This document shows, in pieces, positions 9,970-19,150 of a stretch of 48,672 nucleotides of DNA. A model generated the notes under the pieces. That model was given only the letters and a program-made list of their open reading frames with translations, did not search any database and had not been told where the DNA came from. A program made the position numbers and the translations under genes. Source of the DNA: Candidatus Brocadiia bacterium (GTDB lineage Bacteria > Planctomycetota > Brocadiia > SM23-32); the NCBI GenBank assembly GCA_046538485.1, contig JBKHIT010000035.1:1-48672 (forward strand). Direction: 5' to 3'. Position 1 is the first letter of the stretch, and each line of letters opens with the position of its first letter.

Positions 9970-10605
9970 TCATCGTATTCGGTGCGGTTTCGCCAGCCCG
10001 CACAGACAGGCACGCCCGGATCGAATTTTCCGCCGGGTATGGCAAAGCGGTATCATTCCGGCAAAGGGAAGCAACGAATGTCCCGCATCGCTCTTGGTCC
10101 CGGGTGACATGCGGCGTCCCCCCGGGAATCCCATTCTCTTTTTCAGCTTCTCAAAGAACCGTTCCTGCTGCTCGGGGGTCAGCACCTTCTTCTGCTCCAG
10201 CAGTCGCTCTATTACGAGCTGCTGCATCTTGCTCTGACCCTCGGCTATCTTTTCCCGATATTCCTCTATTCGCTCCATATCAGGTTCCGGAGCACGGAGC
10301 TCGTCCATAAGCGCGTCGTGGTATTTGCGGATGTCTTGCGCGTTATCCTCTGCTTTCTCCTGGAACTCCCGCAGGCTGGGTTCAAGCTCCTGCCACTGCT
10401 TTTCCGTCACTCCGAGTTCTTTGTGAAACGGACACCTTATTCCCCCCCGGTCACGTTCCGGTCCTCTCCTCATGGGAGTGGAATGTGGTCGGTGCATAAC
10501 TCGTCTGGCTCGGTAGAGGTGCAGCGCCCAGGTTCCGAGGAACGCCACGTTCAGCGCAATTGAGATGGTCAGTATAACCGGACGTATTTTCTCCCATGTG
10601 TTCAT
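9970..10605 (-). CDS. Spy/CpxP/ZraP-like periplasmic sensor or chaperone
   Basis: SIALNVAFLG TM, ELGVTEKQ and VLTPEQQ (LTxxQ) motifs. Translationally coupled to the anti-sigma gene. Confidence 0.85.
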   Translation of the reverse strand: MNTWEKIRPVILTISIALNVAFLGTWALHLYRARRVMHRPHSTPMRRGPERDRGGIRCPFHKELGVTEKQWQELEPSLREFQEKAEDNAQDIRKYHDALMDELRAPEPDMERIEEYREKIAEGQSKMQQLVIERLLEQKKVLTPEQQERFFEKLKKRMGFPGGRRMSPGTKSDAGHSLLPFAGMIPLCHTRRKIRSGRACLCGLAKPHRIR

Positions 10606-11117
10606 TTGTCTTGCTCTCCTGTGGTTGTTGTAAGGCTTACGTACGCGCGGGAAACGGATTCAGGTGGATATTCCCCGAGATATTCCGCACCAAGGTTGCT
10701 GGCCGTATCGGTTTTCTCCTGCCCCGCCATCTGCGTCTGCGGGCCGGCGGTGACCTCGGCCAGATCACGTCCGACAAGGATGCCGATCGCCAGGGCGAGA
10801 ATCACCCCGGCGGCAACCACAGCGGCGCGCAGCGGCGTCTCCAGCATGGGTAGATGGCCGAACGGATCCAGAATTCCCGGCCGTTCCTTCCCGCCATTCT
10901 CGTCTCTGGCTCGCGCCATCACCGATTCGTGGAATCCCTCGGGGATCGGGGGTGTGTTCTCGGCGTCGAACGCAGCCTGTATGCGACGCGCATCATCGAG
11001 GGCCGCGCGGCATTCCCGGCAGGAGCTCAGATGTTTCTCCATCTGCTCCCGTGCGTCTTCATCCAGCTCGCCGGTCATATAGGCATCAATATGGCGATAA
11101 CAGTCATGGCATCTCAT
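10602..11117 (-). CDS. zf-HC2 (ZAS) membrane anti-sigma factor
   Basis: HLSSCRECR (HxxxCxxC), an N-terminal Cys, one TM segment, and a GGAGG RBS. Confidence 0.9.
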   Translation of the reverse strand: MRCHDCYRHIDAYMTGELDEDAREQMEKHLSSCRECRAALDDARRIQAAFDAENTPPIPEGFHESVMARARDENGGKERPGILDPFGHLPMLETPLRAAVVAAGVILALAIGILVGRDLAEVTAGPQTQMAGQEKTDTASNLGAEYLGEYPPESVSRAYVSLTTTTGEQDK

Positions 11118-11130
11118 TGTTTCCGCCTCC

Positions 11131-11166
11131 TTCTACCCTGTTTAACGAACGGGCACGGGACATCCC
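11131..11166 (-). promoter_or_regulatory. Putative ECF sigma promoter GGGATG-N13-CGTT (copy 1)
   Basis: GGGATGtcccgtgcccgttCGTTaaacagggtagaa lies directly before the anti-sigma RBS. The motif recurs twice with the same spacing. Confidence 0.65.
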
Positions 11167-11267
11167 ATGCAGAAAATCGGATTTTTCTAATTAGTCGATG
11201 AATGGCGCGAGCCCGGAGTCAGCGAAACGGGAGGATTGCTTATTCGATCACCGACCACTGGTCCGCC

Positions 11268-11303
11268 TTCTACCCGGTGTAACGGGCGTCCGGTCGTCAT
11301 CCC
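11268..11303 (-). promoter_or_regulatory. Putative ECF sigma promoter (copy 2)
   Basis: GGGATGacgaccggacgccCGTTacaccgggtagaa. Confidence 0.55.
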
Positions 11304-11448
11304 CCGCCAAAAAGACAAATTTCCACGGAAGCGCGCCTCTTGAAAATGAAACGGATACCGGGAATTGCCGAGCCGGGCCGGCGCCCCCCGATTCCGGATT
11401 GGGGATGGCGGAAGAAACAGGGAAAGGCCCCGATAGGTTTCGGTCAGG

Positions 11449-11486
11449 TTGACACTGGCCGATTCAGCATATTAGCTTATACTTAA
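11449..11486 (+). promoter_or_regulatory. Sigma70-like promoter overlapped by a putative ArsR operator
   Basis: TTGACA-N18-TAGCTT. ATATTAGCttatACTTAA (11469-11486) matches the site before arsR at 15/18 positions. Confidence 0.5.
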
Positions 11487-11775
11487 ATAGTTCTCGGCCA
11501 ACCCGCGATCATTGGGGAGATAGCCTTTCTCCGGTGGGGCGGTGTATTGACGGTACGCGTGCGCTGTGTGCATAGTCCCGTGTCGTTTCGTGACTGAGAT
11601 CTGTTTCGGAGGTTTTTGGCGGTGATATCACAGTTTAATGCCTTCCAGGATGCTTCTTTCGGGCAGACGCGAAAGCATTCAGACAGGTTAAATGTGAACG
11701 TCAGTTCTACGGTCTTGAGCCGTTGCGATACGGCGGCCGGTGCGTTGTTTCGGGGATTCGTTCGGATGCGAGTCG

Positions 11776-13563
11776 ATGACTGCAAAACGTGAGCGCGAAA
11801 AGAGCGGTGACAAAAGCCCTGGCCCTCCGCTCTGGCCCACCCTGTTCAGACTGGCTCGTTATGCCGGCCGGCACTGGGGTACGGTGGTTGGGACCTGCGT
11901 GCTGGTGATAATGTCGACGGCCGCAGGACTTGTGCCTCCCTGGATCATCAGGCAGGGAGTCGACGATCACATAATGGAAGGGCGATCGGAGAGGCTGTGG
12001 GCGCTGGCGGCGAGCATGGTTCTGGTGGTTCTGTTCAAAGGGCTTTTTGATTTCCTGAAGCGCTACCTTGCTGAAGTCGTTGCACAGAACGTTATCCACG
12101 ACCTTCGCACCTCCCTTTATCAGCACCTGAACGAACTCTCTTTTTCCTTCTACGACGGCTCCCGCACGGGCGATCTGATGTCGAGGGTGACGGCGGACGC
12201 CGATGAGCTGCACGGTTTTCTTTCCACCGGGAGCATTTTTATCTCCTCCAACCTCCTGACCATAGTCGGCATTCTCGGGGTTATGCTGATGTGGGAACTC
12301 CGGCTGGCTCTTCTTTACGTAATGATGTTGCCCCTGATGGTGCTGGGCATGTACAAATACTCTACCCGGGTGCGCCCGATGTTCGGAAAGGTGCGAAAGG
12401 CCCTTGCCAGACTGACGGAGACCATGCAGGAAGATATCAATGGTATCAAGGTGACGAAGTTGTTCGGCCAGCAGAAGAGGGAGAGACAAAATTTTGAAAG
12501 CAGAAATCGCGACTACATCGACACGAATCTGGAGGCGGCCAGAGTTTCGTCCTTCTGGATGCCCTATGCGAACTTTCTGATGGGATTGGGCACGGCGCTC
12601 GTGGTGTGGTACGGCGGCAGGCTGGTAATAAACGATGTCATTTCGTTTGGCGTTCTGGCCGGATTCGTCAGCTACATCGCGCTGTTGCTGCGTCCGGTTC
12701 GCCAGACCGGGATGATGATAAACCGCAGCAGCCGTGCCGTGGCGGCGGGTGAGCGGATTTTTGAGGTGCTCGACACTCCCCCCGACGTGCAGGAGGCTGA
12801 CGACGCTTATCCGTTGCCCGATATAGAGGGTGAGGTGTGCTATGAAAAGGTATGCTTTTCCTACAGCGAGGGGAACGACGTTCTGAAGGACATATCCTTT
12901 GAGGTTTCACCCGGCCAGACGGTTGCAATAGTGGGACCGACGGGAGCCGGAAAGAGCACGCTGATTCACCTGCTTCCCCGTTTTTACGATCCGAACCGGG
13001 GCCGAATACTCATTGATGGACACGACATCAGCGAAGTCAGCATCGAGAGCCTGAGGAAACAGATAGGGATCGTTCTGCAGGACACCTTCCTGTTCGGGGC
13101 GTCGATCAAGGAGAACATCTCCTACGGCAAACCGGAGGCGGATATGGCGCGTATCATCGAGTGCGCCAGGACGGCGCAGATCCATGCGTTTATCGAATCG
13201 TTGCCACTCGGGTATGAGACCCCCGTGGGGGAAAGGGGCGTAAGCCTGTCCGGAGGCCAGAAGCAGAGACTCGCGATGGCACGGGTCCTGCTGACGGAGC
13301 CCCGGCTGCTAATACTTGATGAACCGACATCGAGCCTGGACTCCACAACCGAAGACATGATGCAGAGGGCGATGGAGGCCGTCCTGGAAAACAGAACGAC
13401 CTTCGTCATAGCACACAGACTGTGGACGGTGGAAAATGCGGACCGAATTATAGTGCTGCGGGACGGTGAGATCGCCGAGCAGGGCAGGCATAAGGACCTC
13501 ATCAGCAGGGACGGTGGTTTTTACCGGGAAGTATATGACAGCGTTCTTGACGATACGGGCTAA
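11776..13563 (+). CDS. ABC exporter half-transporter (TMD+NBD), heterodimer subunit 1
   Basis: TM domain, GPTGAGKST, LSGGQKQR, LILDEPTS and AHRL. Confidence 0.93.
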   Translation: MTAKREREKSGDKSPGPPLWPTLFRLARYAGRHWGTVVGTCVLVIMSTAAGLVPPWIIRQGVDDHIMEGRSERLWALAASMVLVVLFKGLFDFLKRYLAEVVAQNVIHDLRTSLYQHLNELSFSFYDGSRTGDLMSRVTADADELHGFLSTGSIFISSNLLTIVGILGVMLMWELRLALLYVMMLPLMVLGMYKYSTRVRPMFGKVRKALARLTETMQEDINGIKVTKLFGQQKRERQNFESRNRDYIDTNLEAARVSSFWMPYANFLMGLGTALVVWYGGRLVINDVISFGVLAGFVSYIALLLRPVRQTGMMINRSSRAVAAGERIFEVLDTPPDVQEADDAYPLPDIEGEVCYEKVCFSYSEGNDVLKDISFEVSPGQTVAIVGPTGAGKSTLIHLLPRFYDPNRGRILIDGHDISEVSIESLRKQIGIVLQDTFLFGASIKENISYGKPEADMARIIECARTAQIHAFIESLPLGYETPVGERGVSLSGGQKQRLAMARVLLTEPRLLILDEPTSSLDSTTEDMMQRAMEAVLENRTTFVIAHRLWTVENADRIIVLRDGEIAEQGRHKDLISRDGGFYREVYDSVLDDTG

Positions 13564-13586
13564 CTTAACAGGACCACTGATCATCC

Positions 13587-15383
13587 ATGAGAGGCGGATT
13601 CGGAAGAAGGATAAAATCAGGGACCGACGAGGACTTTGACCTTGCCACTCTCGACCGGCGAGCGGTGGACATGGTGTGGAAATATCTCCGCAACCATGTT
13701 CTCACGCTCGCGTTGGCAACCGCGGCGATGCTGGTTGTCACGGGCACCATACTTCTCGGTCCCTTTCTGGTGAAAATTGCCATCGACGATTGCATTCTGA
13801 AGGGCAACCTGAGGGGTTTGAACTGGGTTTTTCTCGGCCTGGTGTTGTCCTATGGCCTGTTCTGGTTTTCCTCGTACTGGCAGAACTACCTGTCCAGCTA
13901 TATTGGTCAGAATATAATCGGAGATATCCGGCAGGATCTCTATGCGCATGTGCAGAGCCAGCCCATGAGTTTTTTCCACAAGCGCAAAACGGGCGATATC
14001 ATGGCGAGGTTGACCCACGACGTGAATGCCGTCTCCGAACTCGTGTCCGCAGGATTCGTCCATCTGCTGAACGATCTGTTCACCCTCATCGGCATCGTCG
14101 TCATAATGCTCATACTGGACATCCGCCTGGCACTTGTTAGCTTCGTAACGATTCCGTTTATAGTGTTTACCATTTCTTATCTTGGCAAAAAGATGCGATC
14201 GGCCTACCGGGAGGTCAGGGAAAAGCTTGCGGCACTGAACGCCGACATCGAGGAAAACCTCTCTGGCATAAGACTGGTCCAGGCACTGAACAGAGAAGCG
14301 GTGAATACGGGGCAGTTCAGTCGCCTGAGCTGGGAGAACCTGAAAGCAAATTTCAAGGCCGTATCGCTGTTCGCACTCCTCTTCCCCACCATGGAACTCA
14401 GCCGGGTCGTGGGTGAAGGCCTTGTGCTGTGGTATGGGGGGAATGCAGTGATCGGAGGAGCAATTTCGCTGGGCGTTCTGATGGCATTTTTCGGTTACGT
14501 ACGGAGATTCTTTGCCCCCCTGGCCGACCTGAGCCAGGTTTATAACACGTTCCAGGAGGCCGGTGCGGGACTTGACAGAATCCATGAATATATGCGCGTG
14601 AAGCCCTCTCTGGAAGTAAGCGCACAGCCACCGGATGGATTTGCACAGCAGAGGACAAGCGGGGACGTAAGCATGGAAAACGTAACTTTCGGATATGAGG
14701 ACAGGGCCGTCATAAGAAACCTGGATCTGAGTATAAGACCGGGAGAAGTGTTCGCGCTGGTCGGGCCCACCGGTGCAGGAAAAACGACGGTCGTGAATCT
14801 CCTGACACGGCTCTACGACGTGGATGAGGGCCGCATCCTGCTGGATGACGTTGACATCCGGGATATCCCCCCGGATGTTTTGCGGAATGAGGTGGGCGTT
14901 GTGCCTCAGGATGTCTTTTTGTTCGACACGACCCTGAAGGAGAACATTCGCTACGGACGGCCGGACGCGGCCGACGAAGAGGTGGAACGGGTGGCACGGG
15001 AGCTTCATGCCCATGAGTTCATCTCCGGTCTGCCGGACGGCTACCAGACGCGGGCCGGAGAGAGAGGTGTAAAGCTGTCAGGCGGACAGAAACAGCTTGT
15101 CTCTTTTGCGAGGGCGATGCTGACCGACCCACGCGTACTGATCCTCGATGAGGCTACATCCAGTGTGGACGCATACACCGAGGCCCTAATACAGAAGGCA
15201 ATGACCCGGCTGCTGGAGAACAGGACAGTGCTGATTGTCGCGCACAGATTTGCCACCCTGCGTACGGCCGACAGAGCGGGGGTTATGGAAGATGGATTGC
15301 TGGTCGATACCGGCACCCACGCGCATCTGATGGAGACAAACGAAACCTACAGAAAACTTTTCCACCAACAGCAGTCACGGTAA
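13587..15383 (+). CDS. ABC exporter half-transporter (TMD+NBD), heterodimer subunit 2
   Basis: GPTGAGKTT, LSGGQKQ, LILDEATS and AHRF. Confidence 0.93.
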   Translation: MRGGFGRRIKSGTDEDFDLATLDRRAVDMVWKYLRNHVLTLALATAAMLVVTGTILLGPFLVKIAIDDCILKGNLRGLNWVFLGLVLSYGLFWFSSYWQNYLSSYIGQNIIGDIRQDLYAHVQSQPMSFFHKRKTGDIMARLTHDVNAVSELVSAGFVHLLNDLFTLIGIVVIMLILDIRLALVSFVTIPFIVFTISYLGKKMRSAYREVREKLAALNADIEENLSGIRLVQALNREAVNTGQFSRLSWENLKANFKAVSLFALLFPTMELSRVVGEGLVLWYGGNAVIGGAISLGVLMAFFGYVRRFFAPLADLSQVYNTFQEAGAGLDRIHEYMRVKPSLEVSAQPPDGFAQQRTSGDVSMENVTFGYEDRAVIRNLDLSIRPGEVFALVGPTGAGKTTVVNLLTRLYDVDEGRILLDDVDIRDIPPDVLRNEVGVVPQDVFLFDTTLKENIRYGRPDAADEEVERVARELHAHEFISGLPDGYQTRAGERGVKLSGGQKQLVSFARAMLTDPRVLILDEATSSVDAYTEALIQKAMTRLLENRTVLIVAHRFATLRTADRAGVMEDGLLVDTGTHAHLMETNETYRKLFHQQQSR

Positions 15384-15586
15384 ACCACAATAGCGACAAA
15401 TAGTCTTCAGAGGTCCGTTGCGTCTGATAGGCGATCATTCCTGGCACAGGGGGTTATTGACGTATAACAAAACACCGGGTTGGTCCCGCAGTCGCAGTAA
15501 CACATTGATGACTCGTAAAACATCCGGGTTAACGAACAGTGGTCACCCGTGATCGGTCATCCGTAACCGATGTCCCGTGTCCCGTC

Positions 15587-15622
15587 TTCTACCCCGTTTA
15601 ACGAGCCCCCCGGCGTCATCCC
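15587..15622 (-). promoter_or_regulatory. Putative ECF sigma promoter (copy 3)
   Basis: GGGATGacgccggggggctCGTTaaacggggtagaa. Confidence 0.55.
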
Positions 15623-15661
15623 CCGGCAAAAACCCGTTTTTCCACGGGTTGCGACAACCTG

Positions 15662-15768
15662 ACGCAGTGTAACCCGCAGGCTAACGCAATTCTTAGTCTG
15701 CAGTGCACGCAAAGATGAGTCTGCATCTAACGCATTTCTTAGTTTGCTTTTTACGCATATTTTAGTTT
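15662..15768 (+). repeat. Five degenerate direct repeats with a 22-23 bp period
   Basis: ACGCA at 15662, 15684, 15707, 15730 and 15753. The later units share a (T/G)AGT(C/T)TGC-like segment. Confidence 0.7.
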
Positions 15769-15844
15769 AACATCAGTGGAGGCAGAGCAACGGGATTATT
15801 GCGGTATACCACAGTGAGTTCATCACAGAGAAGGGCAAAGGGCT

Positions 15845-16117
15845 ATGGACGGTCAGCTTTATCACTACCGGGACGAACAGGGATGTGAAGTGGACGCCAT
15901 CGTCGAACGGACCGACGGGCAGTGGGGGGCTTTTGAAATCAAACTGGGGCCGGGCCGGGTGGATGAGGCGGCGGAGTCACTTCGGAATTTCGTTGCCAAG
16001 ATCGATACGGAGAAATGCGGCGAACCAGCGGTGATGGGGGTGATAACCGGACGAGGGATGGGCTACGTCCGCGAGGACGGCGTCGCCGTGGTACCCATCG
16101 GCGCTCTGGGACCATGA
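15845..16117 (+). pseudogene. C-terminal fragment of an AAA+ ATPase/DUF4143 protein
   Basis: YHYRDEQGCEVDAIVE...FEIKLG is the PD-(D/E)xK-like tail typical of DUF4143 proteins. The ATPase domain is absent. Confidence 0.75.
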
Positions 16118-16631
16118 GGGAATGGCGTCAAATGGACGTCGACGCAGCACTGCACACAACTCACAACCCTCAACTCGCAACAATTCGTTTGGGCCTGGCC
16201 ACCAAACAAGGGTGATCGATGATCTGTCATCGGTAATCGTTGCACGGTCAAGCCTTTACGACAACAGTTAGCCGGAAGTTCAGACTGTTTCGGGTAAAAA
16301 GCCGATCCCGGGCAAATCGTCCTCATGATTCCCATTGCGGTTTTGCTGGCCCGTGCCCTGTGTCTGGATGATTCCAGGGCTCAACACTGGCTCTTCGCCC
16401 TCATTCTCTGTGCACTCCGCATAAATCTCACAGTCAGGCTCTTTTCCCCGCTCCTGATTGCCACCGTTTTGCTTTTTATCCCGATTATTGCAATCACTGT
16501 GCGCCCCCCGGAAAACGAAACATCAGCATCAATGGACAGGAGCTAATCGGTGCGTTCAGTTTCCCCCCGTCCTGCGCGGCACTCGTCGGAATGAGGCGTC
16601 ACCGCCATTCGGGAGCTCTGGCAACTCGGTT

Positions 16632-17159
16632 TTATAATCTCTCCAGTCGGGGCTCCAGCGATTTCCGTGCGCGTGCCAGCAAGCCCTCAACGGCTCTGTA
16701 GGTGGTATTCATTGAATCCGCAATTTCGCTCAGTGAAAGATCCTCGTAGTAGCGCAGCACCGTCGCCATTCTCTGTCGGGCTGGCAATTCCTGGAGCGCC
16801 CGGCGCAGGGTTTTGTTGCGTTCCTTCACCGCCAGTTCCTCGTCCGGTCCCCTGGAGGGGTCTTCGCGCTCCGGCAGGTTTCCCCCGGGGTCGGGACGCT
16901 TTGCGCGATGGTGGTCGATGCACAGGTTCGCGATGATACGGTAGAGATAGGTGGTAAACTTTGCGGACGCGCTATAGGACCCCGCCGAATTGAGTATCTT
17001 CAGAAAAGCCTCCTGCGCCACGTCCTCAGCCTGCGTTTTGTTCCGCAAAAAATTGTAGGCGATCCGCCAGGCCCTGTCCTGATGACGACGCACGATCTCA
17101 CCGAAGGCCTCCATATCACCATCGGCCACCCGCTGCATCAGTTCCTGATCAGCTGGCAT
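16632..17159 (-). CDS. ECF-family RNA polymerase sigma factor
   Basis: AEDVAQEAF, KFTTYLYRIIANLCID, and a region 4 LPARQR...SLSEIA. Confidence 0.93.
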   Translation of the reverse strand: MPADQELMQRVADGDMEAFGEIVRRHQDRAWRIAYNFLRNKTQAEDVAQEAFLKILNSAGSYSASAKFTTYLYRIIANLCIDHHRAKRPDPGGNLPEREDPSRGPDEELAVKERNKTLRRALQELPARQRMATVLRYYEDLSLSEIADSMNTTYRAVEGLLARARKSLEPRLERL

Positions 17160-18273
17160 CGTTGGATACCTCCGGGCGTCCCAGAACCAGATAGTGGAGG
17201 ATTATACCCGCGGCGAAGCCGACCGCCATGTTCAGTGCCACCGATCCGATAACAGTTGCAGCGACGGGGATCAGACGCCCATCAAGCCCAAGTTCTCCGG
17301 CGAACTTGAACAGCTCAACGCCCACCATCAACATCATGGCCCCCACGATGGCCATGGGAAAGGCCGCGAACAGCGTGGCAATGCTGCCCGCCAGAAACAG
17401 GCCCAGACAAACCTCGATGGTCCCCTCGATGATATTGGTCCCGCCGGTCCGCGCCCCAAAATAATACTGCCCCGCCAGCCCGCCCGCCCCATGGCACATC
17501 GGCATTCCCCCGAAGAAAGGAGTCACCAGGTTCATCACCCCCATGTTGAAGGAGAGCTGGCGCTCGGTGACGTTGCGTTCGGGCCAGTACTTCGAGATGA
17601 GCGCGGAGGTGGCGATCACGGCGTTGGTGGCGGTGAGGGGGATCTGGGCCAGTCCTCCATCCCGGAAAGCCGGCCAGAGGAGTTCAAAATCGACGGACAC
17701 AAGCGGAGGGAGAGACAGTGAGACCCCGGCCAATCCGGTCAGTTTCCCCCGGAACGCCATGATCACAATCCCCAGCGCCATCAGCACAATGGCCGCCGGG
17801 GCGTAGCGGTTCTCCCTGAGTAGCAGAACGATCAGCACCGATACCCCACCGAGAAGCCACCATCCGGTCATCATTTCCAATCCCTTCAGACTCAGCAACA
17901 CGCCGAGGGAGAGTTGAATGCCCCACACCACCGTTTTGGGCGTCCAGCGTGCCACATGTTCCATGGCGCCGGTTACCCCCATCAACAGCCATACCAATCC
18001 CATTACAATTCCGGCGGCATAGATTTTTTCCGGTGCCCACGCTCCCGCAATGGCCATCACCGCCAGCACCTTCATGGGTTCAAGCGGCATGGGAAGGCGG
18101 TAGATCAGGCCGGTGGCAATGTTGGCCACCCCCATCATCACCAGCAGACCGGCGGGGTCCATGCCGCAGACGGTGATGTAACCGATGGCCAGGGGCAGGA
18201 GCGTGCCGAAATCCCCCATCGATCCGGCCAGTTCCTGCAGGTTGAATCTGAACGGTCCGACGCGCATAAACAC
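17149..18273 (-). CDS. MOT1-family molybdate/sulfate transporter
   Basis: ELAGSMGDFGTLLP, PMPLEPMK, QIPLT and MPMCHGAGGLAGQYYFGAR motifs. Confidence 0.88.
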   Translation of the reverse strand: MFMRVGPFRFNLQELAGSMGDFGTLLPLAIGYITVCGMDPAGLLVMMGVANIATGLIYRLPMPLEPMKVLAVMAIAGAWAPEKIYAAGIVMGLVWLLMGVTGAMEHVARWTPKTVVWGIQLSLGVLLSLKGLEMMTGWWLLGGVSVLIVLLLRENRYAPAAIVLMALGIVIMAFRGKLTGLAGVSLSLPPLVSVDFELLWPAFRDGGLAQIPLTATNAVIATSALISKYWPERNVTERQLSFNMGVMNLVTPFFGGMPMCHGAGGLAGQYYFGARTGGTNIIEGTIEVCLGLFLAGSIATLFAAFPMAIVGAMMLMVGVELFKFAGELGLDGRLIPVAATVIGSVALNMAVGFAAGIILHYLVLGRPEVSNDAS

Positions 18274-18361
18274 TTACCTCATGGTGATGATCAGAACACA
18301 AACGCCAGGCTGGGTTTCCGGGGCGTCGTTTCGGATAGGAATATAAATTGCACGAGCCTAT

Positions 18362-18395
18362 TGGTCCGTTCCGCTGTGGTTTGTGGAACGGACCA
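18362..18395. terminator. Hairpin between arsR and the transporter
   Basis: TGGTCCGTTCC...GGAACGGACCA 11-bp stem with no strong U tract. Confidence 0.4.
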
Positions 18396-18403
18396 TATAG
18401 GTC

Positions 18404-18685
18404 CTATTCCTCCGGCGTCAGCAGTTCCTCGGCCACCTGCCGCCATTTCTCCAGGGTCTGTTCATTGACCCGGTAGTGGACGTAGTAACCGCGTTTCTCC
18501 GGTACCACCAGCTCCGCATCCCGCAGGATTCGCAGGTGCTGGCTTACCGCCGCGGAGGAGACATCCAGCCGGGTCGCCAGAGCGCCGACGCACAGGACCT
18601 GCTCTTTCAAAAGCTGCAGTATCTGCACCCGCGTATCGACCGACAGAGCTTTGAAGATACGCGCGATTTTCTGCGGATCATCCAT
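18404..18685 (-). CDS. ArsR/SmtB-family transcriptional repressor
   Basis: FKALSVDTRVQIL, LCVGAL and VSQHLRILR winged-HTH motifs. Confidence 0.93.
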   Translation of the reverse strand: MDDPQKIARIFKALSVDTRVQILQLLKEQVLCVGALATRLDVSSAAVSQHLRILRDAELVVPEKRGYYVHYRVNEQTLEKWRQVAEELLTPEE

Positions 18686-18697
18686 CGTGTGAACTCC

Positions 18698-18742
18698 TTA
18701 AGTGAATGCTAATATACTAAGGTGATTCCGTCGAAATGACAA
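18698..18742 (-). promoter_or_regulatory. arsR promoter and putative autoregulatory operator
   Basis: TTGTCA-N17-TAGTAT, overlapped by the pseudo-palindrome ATATTAGCattcACTTAA that abuts the AAGGAG RBS. Confidence 0.6.
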
Positions 18743-18990
18743 CGTTCGGAGAAAATGAGGCAGGCTATGGCTTCAAACCGGTGAATCAACGTCCCACGGC
18801 GTATGAGCAGACAGTGGAGCGGGTACAGAGAACCCTCCAGCCCCGCGAGGGCCGAGCGGGCAATGTCGTTCGATCGGAGGTCAATCATTTTACTTCAAGC
18901 GGCGCGTCCGTTCCCGAGCGGGCATTGGCCTTTGTTTCGGGGAAGCTCAAGGCTATCAGAAAGCCCTCGACTCCATCGTTTCCGTTTGTT

Positions 18991-19044
18991 GTATTTCTCC
19001 TAAAATCAAAGGGGCAATTGTCCAATTCACGCTGAGCCAGTACA
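18991..19044. mobile_element. Solo IS3-like terminal sequence
   Basis: 47/54 identical to 1-54 in the same orientation. Ends TGTCCAATTCACGCTGAGCCAGTACA. No recognisable transposase nearby. Confidence 0.55.
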
Positions 19045-19150
19045 CTTAGGCAGGGTTGCATGTTGAAACATCCCATCCGTTCCAAATCCTTTCTTCTTCA
19101 GGAGAAGGGTTTTTAGTTACCATTGAGCTTCGTAAAAGGACATAAAAGGC

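Noticed and set aside
11483..11785. Small ORF or riboswitch in the exporter leader
   Set aside because: No recognisable protein or aptamer motif.
16325..16546. 73-aa hydrophobic ORF
   Set aside because: No RBS or family motif. It may be a fragment but cannot be supported.
18736..19035. Transposase remnant ORF beside the IS-like end
   Set aside because: No DDE or HTH motif recognisable in the listed frames.
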